A stretch of 64,000 bases of DNA, from assembly GCF_004125825.1 (NCBI RefSeq), contig NZ_QQWI01000005.1, positions 304,414 through 368,413 on the forward strand, written 5' to 3'. Under the pieces are notes generated by a model that did not search any database, was not told where the DNA came from, and saw only the letters and a program-made list of their open reading frames with translations. The stretch is from Fusibacter sp. A1. GTDB lineage: Bacteria > Bacillota > Clostridia > Peptostreptococcales > Acidaminobacteraceae. A program made the translations under genes and the position numbers. Shown here one piece after another: positions 41,450 through 50,356 of this stretch. The number at the start of each line of letters is the position of its first letter. Positions within the stretch are counted from its first letter, which is position 1.

Positions 41450-44400
41450 TTAACTTTCATTCACAGCAACTTCGAATACGTCTTTGATCTTACATAAGCT
41501 ATCTCGAAGATCGCTCAGTACAACTACCGCTTGACCCATTTTATCATCACTTCCAGCCAATTTACTCTTTTGGTAGACTTGCTTGATCTCTGAATATCTG
41601 GCTGATTCATGTTCATTCATATGGCCTGTGATTTCTTTCCATTTCAGAAGGTTGGATTCAGCTCCAGTAGTCAGTGTTTGGCAATCATTTTCATAGCTTG
41701 CTATGATTTGTTCTGTCAACTCAGTATCATTCATCACAGATACGACGCGTTGAGCGATCTTGTTCATGTTTCTGTAAGACCCTTGAAGCTTAAACGGCGG
41801 CTCATTTCTGTATTCGTCAGACTGAGCTGCAGAATGGATATACTCCATATTGACTCTTAAAACAATGTCTCTGACATGACTTAACTTGGTAATCACTTGA
41901 GTGTACTCATTAAGTTCATCGGCCGTATAACTACTTTCCAATGTGATCGACTCCCTATCGACGCCGTTTGCCATCTGCACAAGACCGTATAAGTCAGACT
42001 GGCTTCGACTTGAAAGCTTTGATAAGACAGGGTTAGACGTCAAGCTGTTCTCAATGTAACTAAGCTTGAAGGCTTCCTCATTCTCACGTAGCATGTCCCC
42101 TAGGTTATAAACATCAGCCCTATTGGCAAGCATATCCGGTATTTTAAACTTGGCGCCACTTTCAGTATAAGGATTACCGGCCATGACAACCGCTATTTTC
42201 TTACCTCTCAAATCGTATGTCTGACCGACTCCATTGTAGACACCTTCAATCTTACGCTGCCCGTCGCAAAGGGAGATAAATTTTTGCAAGAACTCAGGGT
42301 CGCAGTGTTGAATATCATCAAGATACAACATCACATTGTTCCCCATTTTAAGCGCTAGATTCAACTTTCTCAGTTCTTCCTTGGCACTCGAATGTGAAGC
42401 CTTGTCAGGATCAAGCGAAGTGATTTCGTTTCCAAGGGAAGGACCATTGATCTTTACAAGAATTATGCCTAATCTGCTGGCGATATATTCCATCAGTGTC
42501 GTCTTACCATAACCAGGCGGCGATACTAAAAGTAGTAATCCCATAAGATCCGTTCGCTTATCATCACCCACTACACCCATTTGCTTAGCAAGATTCTCTC
42601 CTACTAAGGGTAGATACACCTTGTCGATCAGTCTATTTCTGACAAACGATGTCAGCACATTGGGTTTAAAGTCGTCAAGACGAAGTACCTCTTTGAAGTT
42701 TTTGATCAACTCACTTTTAAGTGCGTTGAACTTCAGATAATCATCTACCACTTCTTCGCTGAATAAACGCATTTTTGACATGAACTTTGTATAGCTAAGT
42801 TCGTAAGTTCCATCTGCGATTACGCCGTGCGAGCCTACAAGACCTTCAATAACCGTTTTAGTCGGTACTTGTATGACACCGCTCATGTTCACATCTTCTT
42901 CAAGGAGCAGAACGACCACTTCGTTCAATATGCCTGGCCAATCCTCAGCCTCAATATCCATAGGTGTCTTAAGGCTAGCCGTCTGCTCGTTCCAGTATGC
43001 CAAGACCCATTCCTTAACTAGGAAGAATTGTCCTTCCAGATCGGCTTTACTTGCCTTTAAAGACGCTTCAAAGCTTTCCAGCGCATGATTATCTCTAATA
43101 AACGCTTTAAATCCATCATAGACTTGTTTTGCTTCTAGACTTATCACAAAGGATGTCCCTTGCATTAACTCCTTGCACAAGTATTCCGATGAGGCTTCGA
43201 TACTCACCTTGTCATAAAAACCAAGGGTGTCAAACGCCTTTTCCAGGTTTTCTACAACTAAGGGAAGATAGTTATCCAGACTTGGCGCTGATTTGAAAAA
43301 TGTGCCTACTTTAGTCAAGTGATTCAACCGCGTACTTAACAACGTCTTCGTCTGCTCATCTACAAGACGACTCCAGAATAACCTCGCCATTGATCTTACA
43401 TCGCTTTGATAAGTCAACAGGTTGATATGGTGATGAAGATGAAGTAGCGCGCTTAATATCTTTGTCGCATCCTCATCATGCACCCCTTTTGTATACCCTT
43501 CCTGATACCTTGTCTCCATAAACGTCCTGACACGGTCTAAAAGTTGTGAATCCGACATATCGTATAACGTCTGTAAACTTTCAATTTGTAGATTCCTTGA
43601 TGCTTCAAAAGCAGTATATGCCAGATACTCTCCCCTATAGACATCAGCATTTTCAGAAACGAGTGTCTGTTCAAATACATGCTGATACCCGCTCAATTCA
43701 CGGTGGACCACCCTATCCCAAAAATCAGTTCCTGTGATGTGGTAGTAAAGCTGATTATCCTTTTGAACAATGGATAGGTCAATCGCCTTTCTGTTCACAG
43801 AAAAATGATGGTTGCCAAATTTGATGACATCCTGTCCATTCAGGTAGAGGTCTTGCTTGTCTTTCAACTGACGTATGGCATTTTCTTTGAGTGATTTGAG
43901 CTTGGCACTTACTTCATCCGCTTTGACGCTGTCTCCAAGTGACCTTAGTTCAGAAATGATATCTCTGACTTTTTCGGCCATGATATCAGATGCAAGATAA
44001 CCGTTGATCATTTCAATCGTATCAAGGCCCATCAAACGATTTTGAATACCACCGATGATACGCTGTGAAGAATCGAAAAGTGCGACCAACCGCTTATTAA
44101 GCTTATCTAGTAGCGTCTGCTTTCTCGATTCGAATGCGCTGTAGATCTCTTCTCTTTTTTCATCAAGCTTTATAAGATACTCTTCAAACTCAGAAAACTT
44201 ACCTTCAAGCTCCTGAAGCTGTACCATCACCTTATTCAGGTAATTGTCACACTTGTCTTCTGTATCAGCTATTTCAAGATAGTTCAAAACAGCCTGACCA
44301 AGCAGCTTCATTTGAGCGTTAAACTGAATCGTCATCTCGGTTTTTGTGAAGGTTTCGATTCTGACTTTCAGTTTGGCTTTCGCATTATTCATCAAGGAGA

Positions 44401-46336
44401 AGAGAGCAGAAATCTTTTCGATAAGTTCTGTTGTCACTGTCGGGTCTTCGATTTTAAAATTGCTTACTATTTCCATCAACAACTCTAAATCGGTGGACGT
44501 CTTGTCCATTTTTACAGCAAGTTCATTTCCCTCTAGCGACTTTTCGACCGATTCGATCGAACTATGCAACTCATCTACAACCATCTCATACGGCTTCAGG
44601 CCGTCTGGGCTTACGATGAACGCGACACATTTTTCAGAAAATGCGTCATTTTTTTCTTTGACGCGATCCTCTAATTTCTGAACCACGTCAAGGTCTGTAT
44701 ACATCAGATCTCTCAACGAGACTATTTCACCGCGTATGTTTCTGATTTCGCCAAGTACATCGACGTATTCATTGATGTTCTCAAAGGTTCCATATTCAAT
44801 CTTTTTAAGCAGCTCCTCCGTTGTCTTTCCAACTAGTTCGATTTGCTTCTTTGCTACTTCCTTCATTCGAATGACTTTTTCGAATTCTCCAATTGCAAAA
44901 GTGGATGTCTCTTTGATCTCCTTAAGCACCTGAGCAAGATTGAAAGCCTCATCCTTATCCACCCAAAAGTAGGAATCCAAAATGTTTTGAGTTTCCTTTA
45001 CAATATCAAGGTACACGCTTTGATAGCTGTCCCCCTTTTGTACAAGTTTTCCGACACCTCTGCAGGCCGCTATACAGTCAACGACATCCTTATTGCCTAT
45101 CTTGTAGAGTACCGAATCCCTATTCCCCTGAGCAACATGATTCTTGCCGACATAAGGTGTCTGCCATACTTGAAGTGAATGGTTTTTTCTGGGTTCATTC
45201 TCATGTCTGAATACGATCATCTCACCACTATTAAAATGTGAATAGCCACTACAGACGATAGGCATTTCTATTGTCTGCTCAATCATATTATACGAGTACA
45301 TCAGATAGGTACCGCTATCCATATTATAAAAGATATACTGATAGTCCTCGCCGTTTGTAGAACTGATAATCTGATCAAACACCGCATTTTCTAGGGGCAC
45401 GTCAAAGAGCTTATATTCCCCACTTCTCAAGTAATACCCTTGAGGAAAGATCAAGCCATGTCCTCCTGGCAAAAGCTTGCACGTATGTTCCATTGAATCA
45501 ACTCGAACCACATTCTTCAACTTGTTGTTGAAGACAAAGTAACGGTAGGCTTTTTCCTTATAGGGAAGAATCTTAAGCAGGATCAGCTGATCCAAGTCCA
45601 CATAGTAGATCTCGGCATCGTCAAGGTTTTGGTCCTTATCCTCAACAACCTCAGAATAGATACCTTTTCCCGTTTCGGTATTGTCCTCAACCTTAATCGT
45701 AAGGTCTCCACCTATAGTTTCGACAAATACCTTATCCAGAATGGAAACATGGGGGTGGATACCTGTTCTTTGCTGGTCTCTTGTCGCCCTCTGAAAGTCG
45801 AAATCATTGCCTAGGTTGAACTTTACTTCGTGCTCGCTTCTGTTATCGACATAAATCAAACGACGACCTTCGATCAGCCACTTGAACACTTTAATATCCG
45901 TCGCAGCTTTTCCGGTCTGAAAGACCATGTAAAAGTAAGGTTCAGAGATTGTGAACTTGGCAAAGAAGGTGTTCTTGTAGTACTGATACAGATCATCAAA
46001 ATCCTTTTTGAAAAGGTCATCGTTGATCAGTTCGAGGGATTCCTTTATGAATCCCTCTTCACCATACTTGTAAATTGAGAAAACATCCTCAAGTTCAACC
46101 TTTTGCTTCAAGCCGATATGAACGTTGTATCCAAAAAGGAAGCAATCGTCCACAGGTGCCATATCACGAGGGATGCAGTTGTTCTCTGTAAGAATCCTCT
46201 CACTGGCAAGTAGTTTTGTATCAACGGACCCAAAAACATCTTTTCTAGTAGCATTCAATTTCTCCGCTCTTGTTTTTAAGTCGACACCTTGTTTTTCCAG
46301 ACGACTCTTAATTACCTCATAAGTCCCTGAATCCAT
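41450..46336 (-). CDS. Giant (≈1630 aa) uncharacterised AAA_5-type ATPase
   Basis: Start at the ATG 1 nt after the flotillin stop, with a TTGGAG RBS. N-terminal ~450 aa beta-rich, ~750 aa helical/coiled-coil, then Walker A SPPGYGKTT, Walker B VMLYLDDIQH and sensor VVMAGNPY near residues 1250-1420. Function unknown, although the ORF itself is near-certain. Confidence 0.5.
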   Translation of the reverse strand: MDSGTYEVIKSRLEKQGVDLKTRAEKLNATRKDVFGSVDTKLLASERILTENNCIPRDMAPVDDCFLFGYNVHIGLKQKVELEDVFSIYKYGEEGFIKESLELINDDLFKKDFDDLYQYYKNTFFAKFTISEPYFYMVFQTGKAATDIKVFKWLIEGRRLIYVDNRSEHEVKFNLGNDFDFQRATRDQQRTGIHPHVSILDKVFVETIGGDLTIKVEDNTETGKGIYSEVVEDKDQNLDDAEIYYVDLDQLILLKILPYKEKAYRYFVFNNKLKNVVRVDSMEHTCKLLPGGHGLIFPQGYYLRSGEYKLFDVPLENAVFDQIISSTNGEDYQYIFYNMDSGTYLMYSYNMIEQTIEMPIVCSGYSHFNSGEMIVFRHENEPRKNHSLQVWQTPYVGKNHVAQGNRDSVLYKIGNKDVVDCIAACRGVGKLVQKGDSYQSVYLDIVKETQNILDSYFWVDKDEAFNLAQVLKEIKETSTFAIGEFEKVIRMKEVAKKQIELVGKTTEELLKKIEYGTFENINEYVDVLGEIRNIRGEIVSLRDLMYTDLDVVQKLEDRVKEKNDAFSEKCVAFIVSPDGLKPYEMVVDELHSSIESVEKSLEGNELAVKMDKTSTDLELLMEIVSNFKIEDPTVTTELIEKISALFSLMNNAKAKLKVRIETFTKTEMTIQFNAQMKLLGQAVLNYLEIADTEDKCDNYLNKVMVQLQELEGKFSEFEEYLIKLDEKREEIYSAFESRKQTLLDKLNKRLVALFDSSQRIIGGIQNRLMGLDTIEMINGYLASDIMAEKVRDIISELRSLGDSVKADEVSAKLKSLKENAIRQLKDKQDLYLNGQDVIKFGNHHFSVNRKAIDLSIVQKDNQLYYHITGTDFWDRVVHRELSGYQHVFEQTLVSENADVYRGEYLAYTAFEASRNLQIESLQTLYDMSDSQLLDRVRTFMETRYQEGYTKGVHDEDATKILSALLHLHHHINLLTYQSDVRSMARLFWSRLVDEQTKTLLSTRLNHLTKVGTFFKSAPSLDNYLPLVVENLEKAFDTLGFYDKVSIEASSEYLCKELMQGTSFVISLEAKQVYDGFKAFIRDNHALESFEASLKASKADLEGQFFLVKEWVLAYWNEQTASLKTPMDIEAEDWPGILNEVVVLLLEEDVNMSGVIQVPTKTVIEGLVGSHGVIADGTYELSYTKFMSKMRLFSEEVVDDYLKFNALKSELIKNFKEVLRLDDFKPNVLTSFVRNRLIDKVYLPLVGENLAKQMGVVGDDKRTDLMGLLLLVSPPGYGKTTLMEYIASRLGIILVKINGPSLGNEITSLDPDKASHSSAKEELRKLNLALKMGNNVMLYLDDIQHCDPEFLQKFISLCDGQRKIEGVYNGVGQTYDLRGKKIAVVMAGNPYTESGAKFKIPDMLANRADVYNLGDMLRENEEAFKLSYIENSLTSNPVLSKLSSRSQSDLYGLVQMANGVDRESITLESSYTADELNEYTQVITKLSHVRDIVLRVNMEYIHSAAQSDEYRNEPPFKLQGSYRNMNKIAQRVVSVMNDTELTEQIIASYENDCQTLTTGAESNLLKWKEITGHMNEHESARYSEIKQVYQKSKLAGSDDKMGQAVVVLSDLRDSLCKIKDVFEVAVNES

Positions 46337-46337
46337 A

Positions 46338-48362
46338 TTATGCTCCAATTACATTTTCAATTAGATTGGCTGGTAGATTTGCAACACCCGCCTTGTTTAC
46401 AGTATCAAGTAGCTTAGTCAACATCGCATGGTCGTTTCCTTCTGCAGTCTTCATCATTTTTCCTATAGCACCCGAAATGGTGATGTTCATCAGGTCTTGA
46501 GAAGATAAGTTGAATCTTCCTACCATCGTTTTAAGCTGCTGCTGGAAGTAGTCCGCGTCTCCTGTGATGAGGGTCTCTTTGATATCCTTTAGCACTTCAC
46601 TGTTGTTTACAACACGGTCAACCGCCTTACCTTGCGCGATCGAACCGATAATTTTGTCAAAGAACATCGTTTCTCCACCGACAATATCGATCTTAGCTGA
46701 TTTAAGCGCTTCTCTGATAACAGACGCTTGAGCATCTGCAATATCCTTTTGAATGGTGATTTGAGCAAGTTCGATCTGTTTTTCCTTATCAAGCTTGAGT
46801 TTGAACTCTTCATGATCTCTGCCTACAGCATCAAGTAATTTCATGCTATTGGCCTTTTCCTTGATACCTTCAGCTTCTGAAAGGTACATTCTCTTAAGGT
46901 TTGCAGCTTCGACAGTACCGTCTTTCTCTTTTACTTCTACTTTGGCGGTTTCGCCTTTGGCTTCTGCAAGTGCTTTCGCTTCAATCACTTTCGATGCGGC
47001 AATACCTTCGACAGAACCTTCCAGCACTCTGGCATCAACAATCACCTTGATCGCTTCCGCTTCTTTATGAGCGGCTTTCAGATTTGCATCTGCGTCGATA
47101 ATTGTCTTTTCGGCTTCTTTTTCAGCAGCCATCTTGGCGGCTTCCGCACCTTTAACAACAAGAATTTGCTTTGTTTCCGCCTCTTCTTCTGCTTTTCTGA
47201 GCGCTACATTTTTTGTACGGTTTGCATCCGCAAGCGCACGCGTGTCTTTGATTTTTTCTTCTTCCACCACGGTATCTTTTTCGACAGTCACTCTTTCTCT
47301 AATTACCGTCTGTATATTCTTCTTCTCAACTTCTACTAGCTTTTCCTTATCGATGATAGCAAGCTCGACAAGCTTTTCCTTTTCAGTTCTCTCAAGCAGT
47401 CTTTTTCTTTCTACACGTTCAGTTTCGATGGCTTCTGTGCTTTCCTTGGACTTTGCCGCAATGATGATCTGTCTTTGCTTGTTCTCCTCGGCTACACCAA
47501 TCTCTTCTTCTGTCTTCACTCTGGCAAGCTCAGACTTATAGCGTTCTTCTTGAGCGACCTTTTCAGCTTCGGCGATTTCACGTGAATTGATGATCGAAAT
47601 CTCTCTAAGCTGTTTGGCTTCGGCTTCGGCGTTTTGCTTTTCAAGTTCTAAAATAGCTTCTCTTGCCGATACGTCTTGTCGCTTGATTGTCTTTTCGCGT
47701 TCTCTTTCAATCTCGTTGGCCAATATTCTTTGAGTTGAAGTCAGTTCTGTGATCTTCTTGATCCCCTCAGAATCCAAAATGTTGTCAGGATTCAACAAGC
47801 GAATGTCGGTTTGCTCCAGATAATCGATCGCGGCATCATCCAACACATAACCGTTTAAGTCCGTGCCGATGATCTGCAGGATTTCACTCTTAAAAGTCTC
47901 ACGGTCCGTATATAACTGAACAAAATCAAACTTTTTGCCTACAGTCTTAAGCGCTTCAGAGAATTTTGCATCAAAGAAGGCCATTAGGGTTTCCGGATCG
48001 GATGCTTTTTGACAACCCAGCAGCTGTGCGACTTTTAAAACGTCATCTGTCGTCTGATTGACACGAACGAAGAATGCGACACGGATATCCGCCCTTAAGT
48101 TGTCTTTACAGATCAAGCCGTCCTTGCCTTCTCTAGCGATTTCGACACGTTTGATCGAAATATCCATCTCCTCTTTGCGGTGGATGATGGGTACTACCAT
48201 GATGCCGCCAAAGCAGACAACCTGATTGCCGATACCGTTTCTAATGATTACCTTCGACTGCTCCACCTTGTGATAGAAACTGGCAAATAAGGCCAGTAGT
48301 CCAACCACAATGACGATTGATGCTCCTACCGTGACAAGGGTTCCTTGTAATAAAACATTCAT
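46338..48362 (-). CDS. floT: Flotillin-family (SPFH/band-7, FloT/YqiK-like) protein
   Basis: N-terminal TM + SPFH domain, then a long EA/K-rich coiled-coil. Start at MNVLLQG with GGAGGAA RBS, not the longer ORF start at 48377. Confidence 0.85.
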   Translation of the reverse strand: MNVLLQGTLVTVGASIVIVVGLLALFASFYHKVEQSKVIIRNGIGNQVVCFGGIMVVPIIHRKEEMDISIKRVEIAREGKDGLICKDNLRADIRVAFFVRVNQTTDDVLKVAQLLGCQKASDPETLMAFFDAKFSEALKTVGKKFDFVQLYTDRETFKSEILQIIGTDLNGYVLDDAAIDYLEQTDIRLLNPDNILDSEGIKKITELTSTQRILANEIEREREKTIKRQDVSAREAILELEKQNAEAEAKQLREISIINSREIAEAEKVAQEERYKSELARVKTEEEIGVAEENKQRQIIIAAKSKESTEAIETERVERKRLLERTEKEKLVELAIIDKEKLVEVEKKNIQTVIRERVTVEKDTVVEEEKIKDTRALADANRTKNVALRKAEEEAETKQILVVKGAEAAKMAAEKEAEKTIIDADANLKAAHKEAEAIKVIVDARVLEGSVEGIAASKVIEAKALAEAKGETAKVEVKEKDGTVEAANLKRMYLSEAEGIKEKANSMKLLDAVGRDHEEFKLKLDKEKQIELAQITIQKDIADAQASVIREALKSAKIDIVGGETMFFDKIIGSIAQGKAVDRVVNNSEVLKDIKETLITGDADYFQQQLKTMVGRFNLSSQDLMNITISGAIGKMMKTAEGNDHAMLTKLLDTVNKAGVANLPANLIENVIGA

Positions 48363-48380
48363 ATAGTATTCCTCCATAAG

Positions 48381-49082
48381 TTAAATAGTGTTGCCATCGT
48401 TCATCAGTGGTGTGGTGATAAAGTACACATCGTCCACCTTATCCTTGCTAAATACAAATACGGTCTCACCTTTTTTATAAACAAGATGTTTGTCGGCTGT
48501 GGTGACATTAATGACAATCGATACTCCGTCCTGCATGATCTCTGCCTGTCCGAGCCGTCCATATTCCACATCGCTTTTCAAAGTGCATCTTTTGTAAAGC
48601 ACCCTATGGGCAATGTCTTCCTCATTTTTCCTTTCAAAAAAAAGCTTTCTTATCGGAATAAGCTCAAGTTTCGTTATGTAAAGGCTCAAAAAAAATGCCG
48701 GTATCAAAAGCACCGCGCTGATCAGACCGCCCGCTTGAATCGGAAGGACATACAAGAGCATGCTTGATATCCAGAAGTTCAGAAAAATCATACTGAGTAC
48801 CAGGGCGAATGGGATATCACCGCTGTTAACAAGCACCGCGATACCGCTAAGCGGTCCTGACGCATCAGCACCTTCCACATCGAGATCGACATCAAACAAA
48901 TCAAAATCCAGAAAGCCTGTGATAGCCACCAACCAATATAGCTGCATCAAAATCAGCAGTGCGGTAGGTATGACATTTATTCCTGTAAAAGCAAATCTTA
49001 TTAATTCCGTAACAATCACCTCCATCGTACAATCATCGTAAGAACAGGTAACGACTAGGCCTAGAGTATCAGGCTTTAGCAT
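48381..49082 (-). CDS. NfeD-like (YuaF/YqiJ-type) membrane protein
   Basis: Multi-TM N-terminus, C-terminal OB-like soluble domain. Immediately upstream of flotillin as in yuaF-floT and yqiJ-yqiK. Confidence 0.6.
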   Translation of the reverse strand: MLKPDTLGLVVTCSYDDCTMEVIVTELIRFAFTGINVIPTALLILMQLYWLVAITGFLDFDLFDVDLDVEGADASGPLSGIAVLVNSGDIPFALVLSMIFLNFWISSMLLYVLPIQAGGLISAVLLIPAFFLSLYITKLELIPIRKLFFERKNEEDIAHRVLYKRCTLKSDVEYGRLGQAEIMQDGVSIVINVTTADKHLVYKKGETVFVFSKDKVDDVYFITTPLMNDGNTI

Positions 49083-49196
49083 TACTTCCTAAGTATACAC
49101 AAATCACCGGATTATATAAGGATTCCACCTGCGATTTAAGGTTAATTTAAGGTTGTTGGTCCTTACGAGTCCTGAAGGACACACGCGCTACAAGCA

Positions 49197-49227
49197 AGAA
49201 AAAACAGACTACTTTACTAGTCTGTTC
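49197..49227 (-). terminator. Terminator separating the upstream gene from the nfeD-floT operon
   Basis: AACAGACTAC-TTT-ACTAGTCTGTT plus a U-run on the minus strand. Confidence 0.55.
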
Positions 49228-49295
49228 CTTGCTGTACATGGTTATTCATGATTATCGTCTAGACAAGCCCTTAGCAACCCAAGTCACAACTATCG

Positions 49296-50243
49296 TCATA
49301 GACTTTCAAAATCGGTTTCTATGATCCTTTGGTATTCCTTTTTATCGTATCGCTTTAAAACCTTGAGCGCCCTAAGTGTATTGAACCTGCCTGCCCTTGA
49401 ATCTTCAAGCCTAAAGTGCAGTTCTCCCCCATATTGAGAGCCTTTTGGCATAAAGCCTTTTCGCATGTTCTTTTTGATCAGATCAAGCCCCTCTTTCATG
49501 CGTTCATCATAATGCCTCTTCACCGATGCGAAATATTCGAGCGCGCGTAGATAGTCGTACTTCCATCTTGGCGGGTAATGTGCCCTCAGAAAATCCTTCT
49601 TGATGACTTCTCCAGTACTTACCGTATGGAATAGCCTTCTTTCAAGCAGGTATTCCTCGCCTTCGTATGATTTTTCCTGCATTTCCTCCGACCTGTATCC
49701 GTCACCCCATGTTCCATAGTCTCTAAAGGCCTCAAGTACTGTCAAGGTCGTATGGATGGATCCCCTTGTGGAAAGGTGCTTCTTATAATTCCACTCGCAG
49801 TTCCAACCCCCATCCTCCATCTGGTGATCTAAGAGTTCATCGACCATTTCGTGAGTCCGTACCTCAGTGAATCTTCCATAAGCTGCCAGACTCAGCACCA
49901 TAGCAACCACACAAAGATCAGGCCGCTTCCACATGGACTTGTAGTCTTGTGAACGCCACAACTGATCCACTAGCTTCACCATCGCCTTTTGATAATAGGG
50001 GTGCTGAAAATCGATTTCCATATACTTCAGTTCCCGCATCGTATAGTGGGTTGAGATCCATTTGGGGCTGTATATGCCCTTTCCCCATAATCCCGAGTCA
50101 TCGTCAAAAAGATCGATGTATTTCTTGATGTAACCATCTTCTGTAGAGGGAAGTTCCACCTCTAGCAAATAGGTAGAAGTCAGTCTACGTATCACCGGAT
50201 CGCCTTGCATCAACCAATCAATCACTTTCATAGGAGCCTCCAT
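49296..50243 (-). CDS. Hypothetical protein (possible alpha/alpha-toroid, QxxDGGW-like repeats)
   Basis: HQMEDGGWNCEWN and DSGLWGKG are reminiscent of prenyltransferase/terpene-cyclase repeats. Weak evidence. Confidence 0.35.
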   Translation of the reverse strand: MEAPMKVIDWLMQGDPVIRRLTSTYLLEVELPSTEDGYIKKYIDLFDDDSGLWGKGIYSPKWISTHYTMRELKYMEIDFQHPYYQKAMVKLVDQLWRSQDYKSMWKRPDLCVVAMVLSLAAYGRFTEVRTHEMVDELLDHQMEDGGWNCEWNYKKHLSTRGSIHTTLTVLEAFRDYGTWGDGYRSEEMQEKSYEGEEYLLERRLFHTVSTGEVIKKDFLRAHYPPRWKYDYLRALEYFASVKRHYDERMKEGLDLIKKNMRKGFMPKGSQYGGELHFRLEDSRAGRFNTLRALKVLKRYDKKEYQRIIETDFESL

Positions 50244-50321
50244 TCTTTACTGGATTCCATACCCACCTAGTGACCGGTTACACTTCTTTTTATGGTCCTT
50301 CGACACCAAACGCATAAAAAT

Positions 50322-50356
50322 AAAACCAGGCTGCAGTTTAGCAGCCTGATTTTTTC
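50322..50356. terminator. Bidirectional terminator
   Basis: CCAGGCTGC-AGTTTA-GCAGCCTG flanked by A/T runs. Confidence 0.5.

Noticed and set aside
46843-47541. Plus-strand ORFs (75-135 aa) antisense to flotillin
   Set aside because: Artefact of the repetitive GAA/GCT-rich coiled-coil coding region. Translations are S/A/F-rich nonsense.
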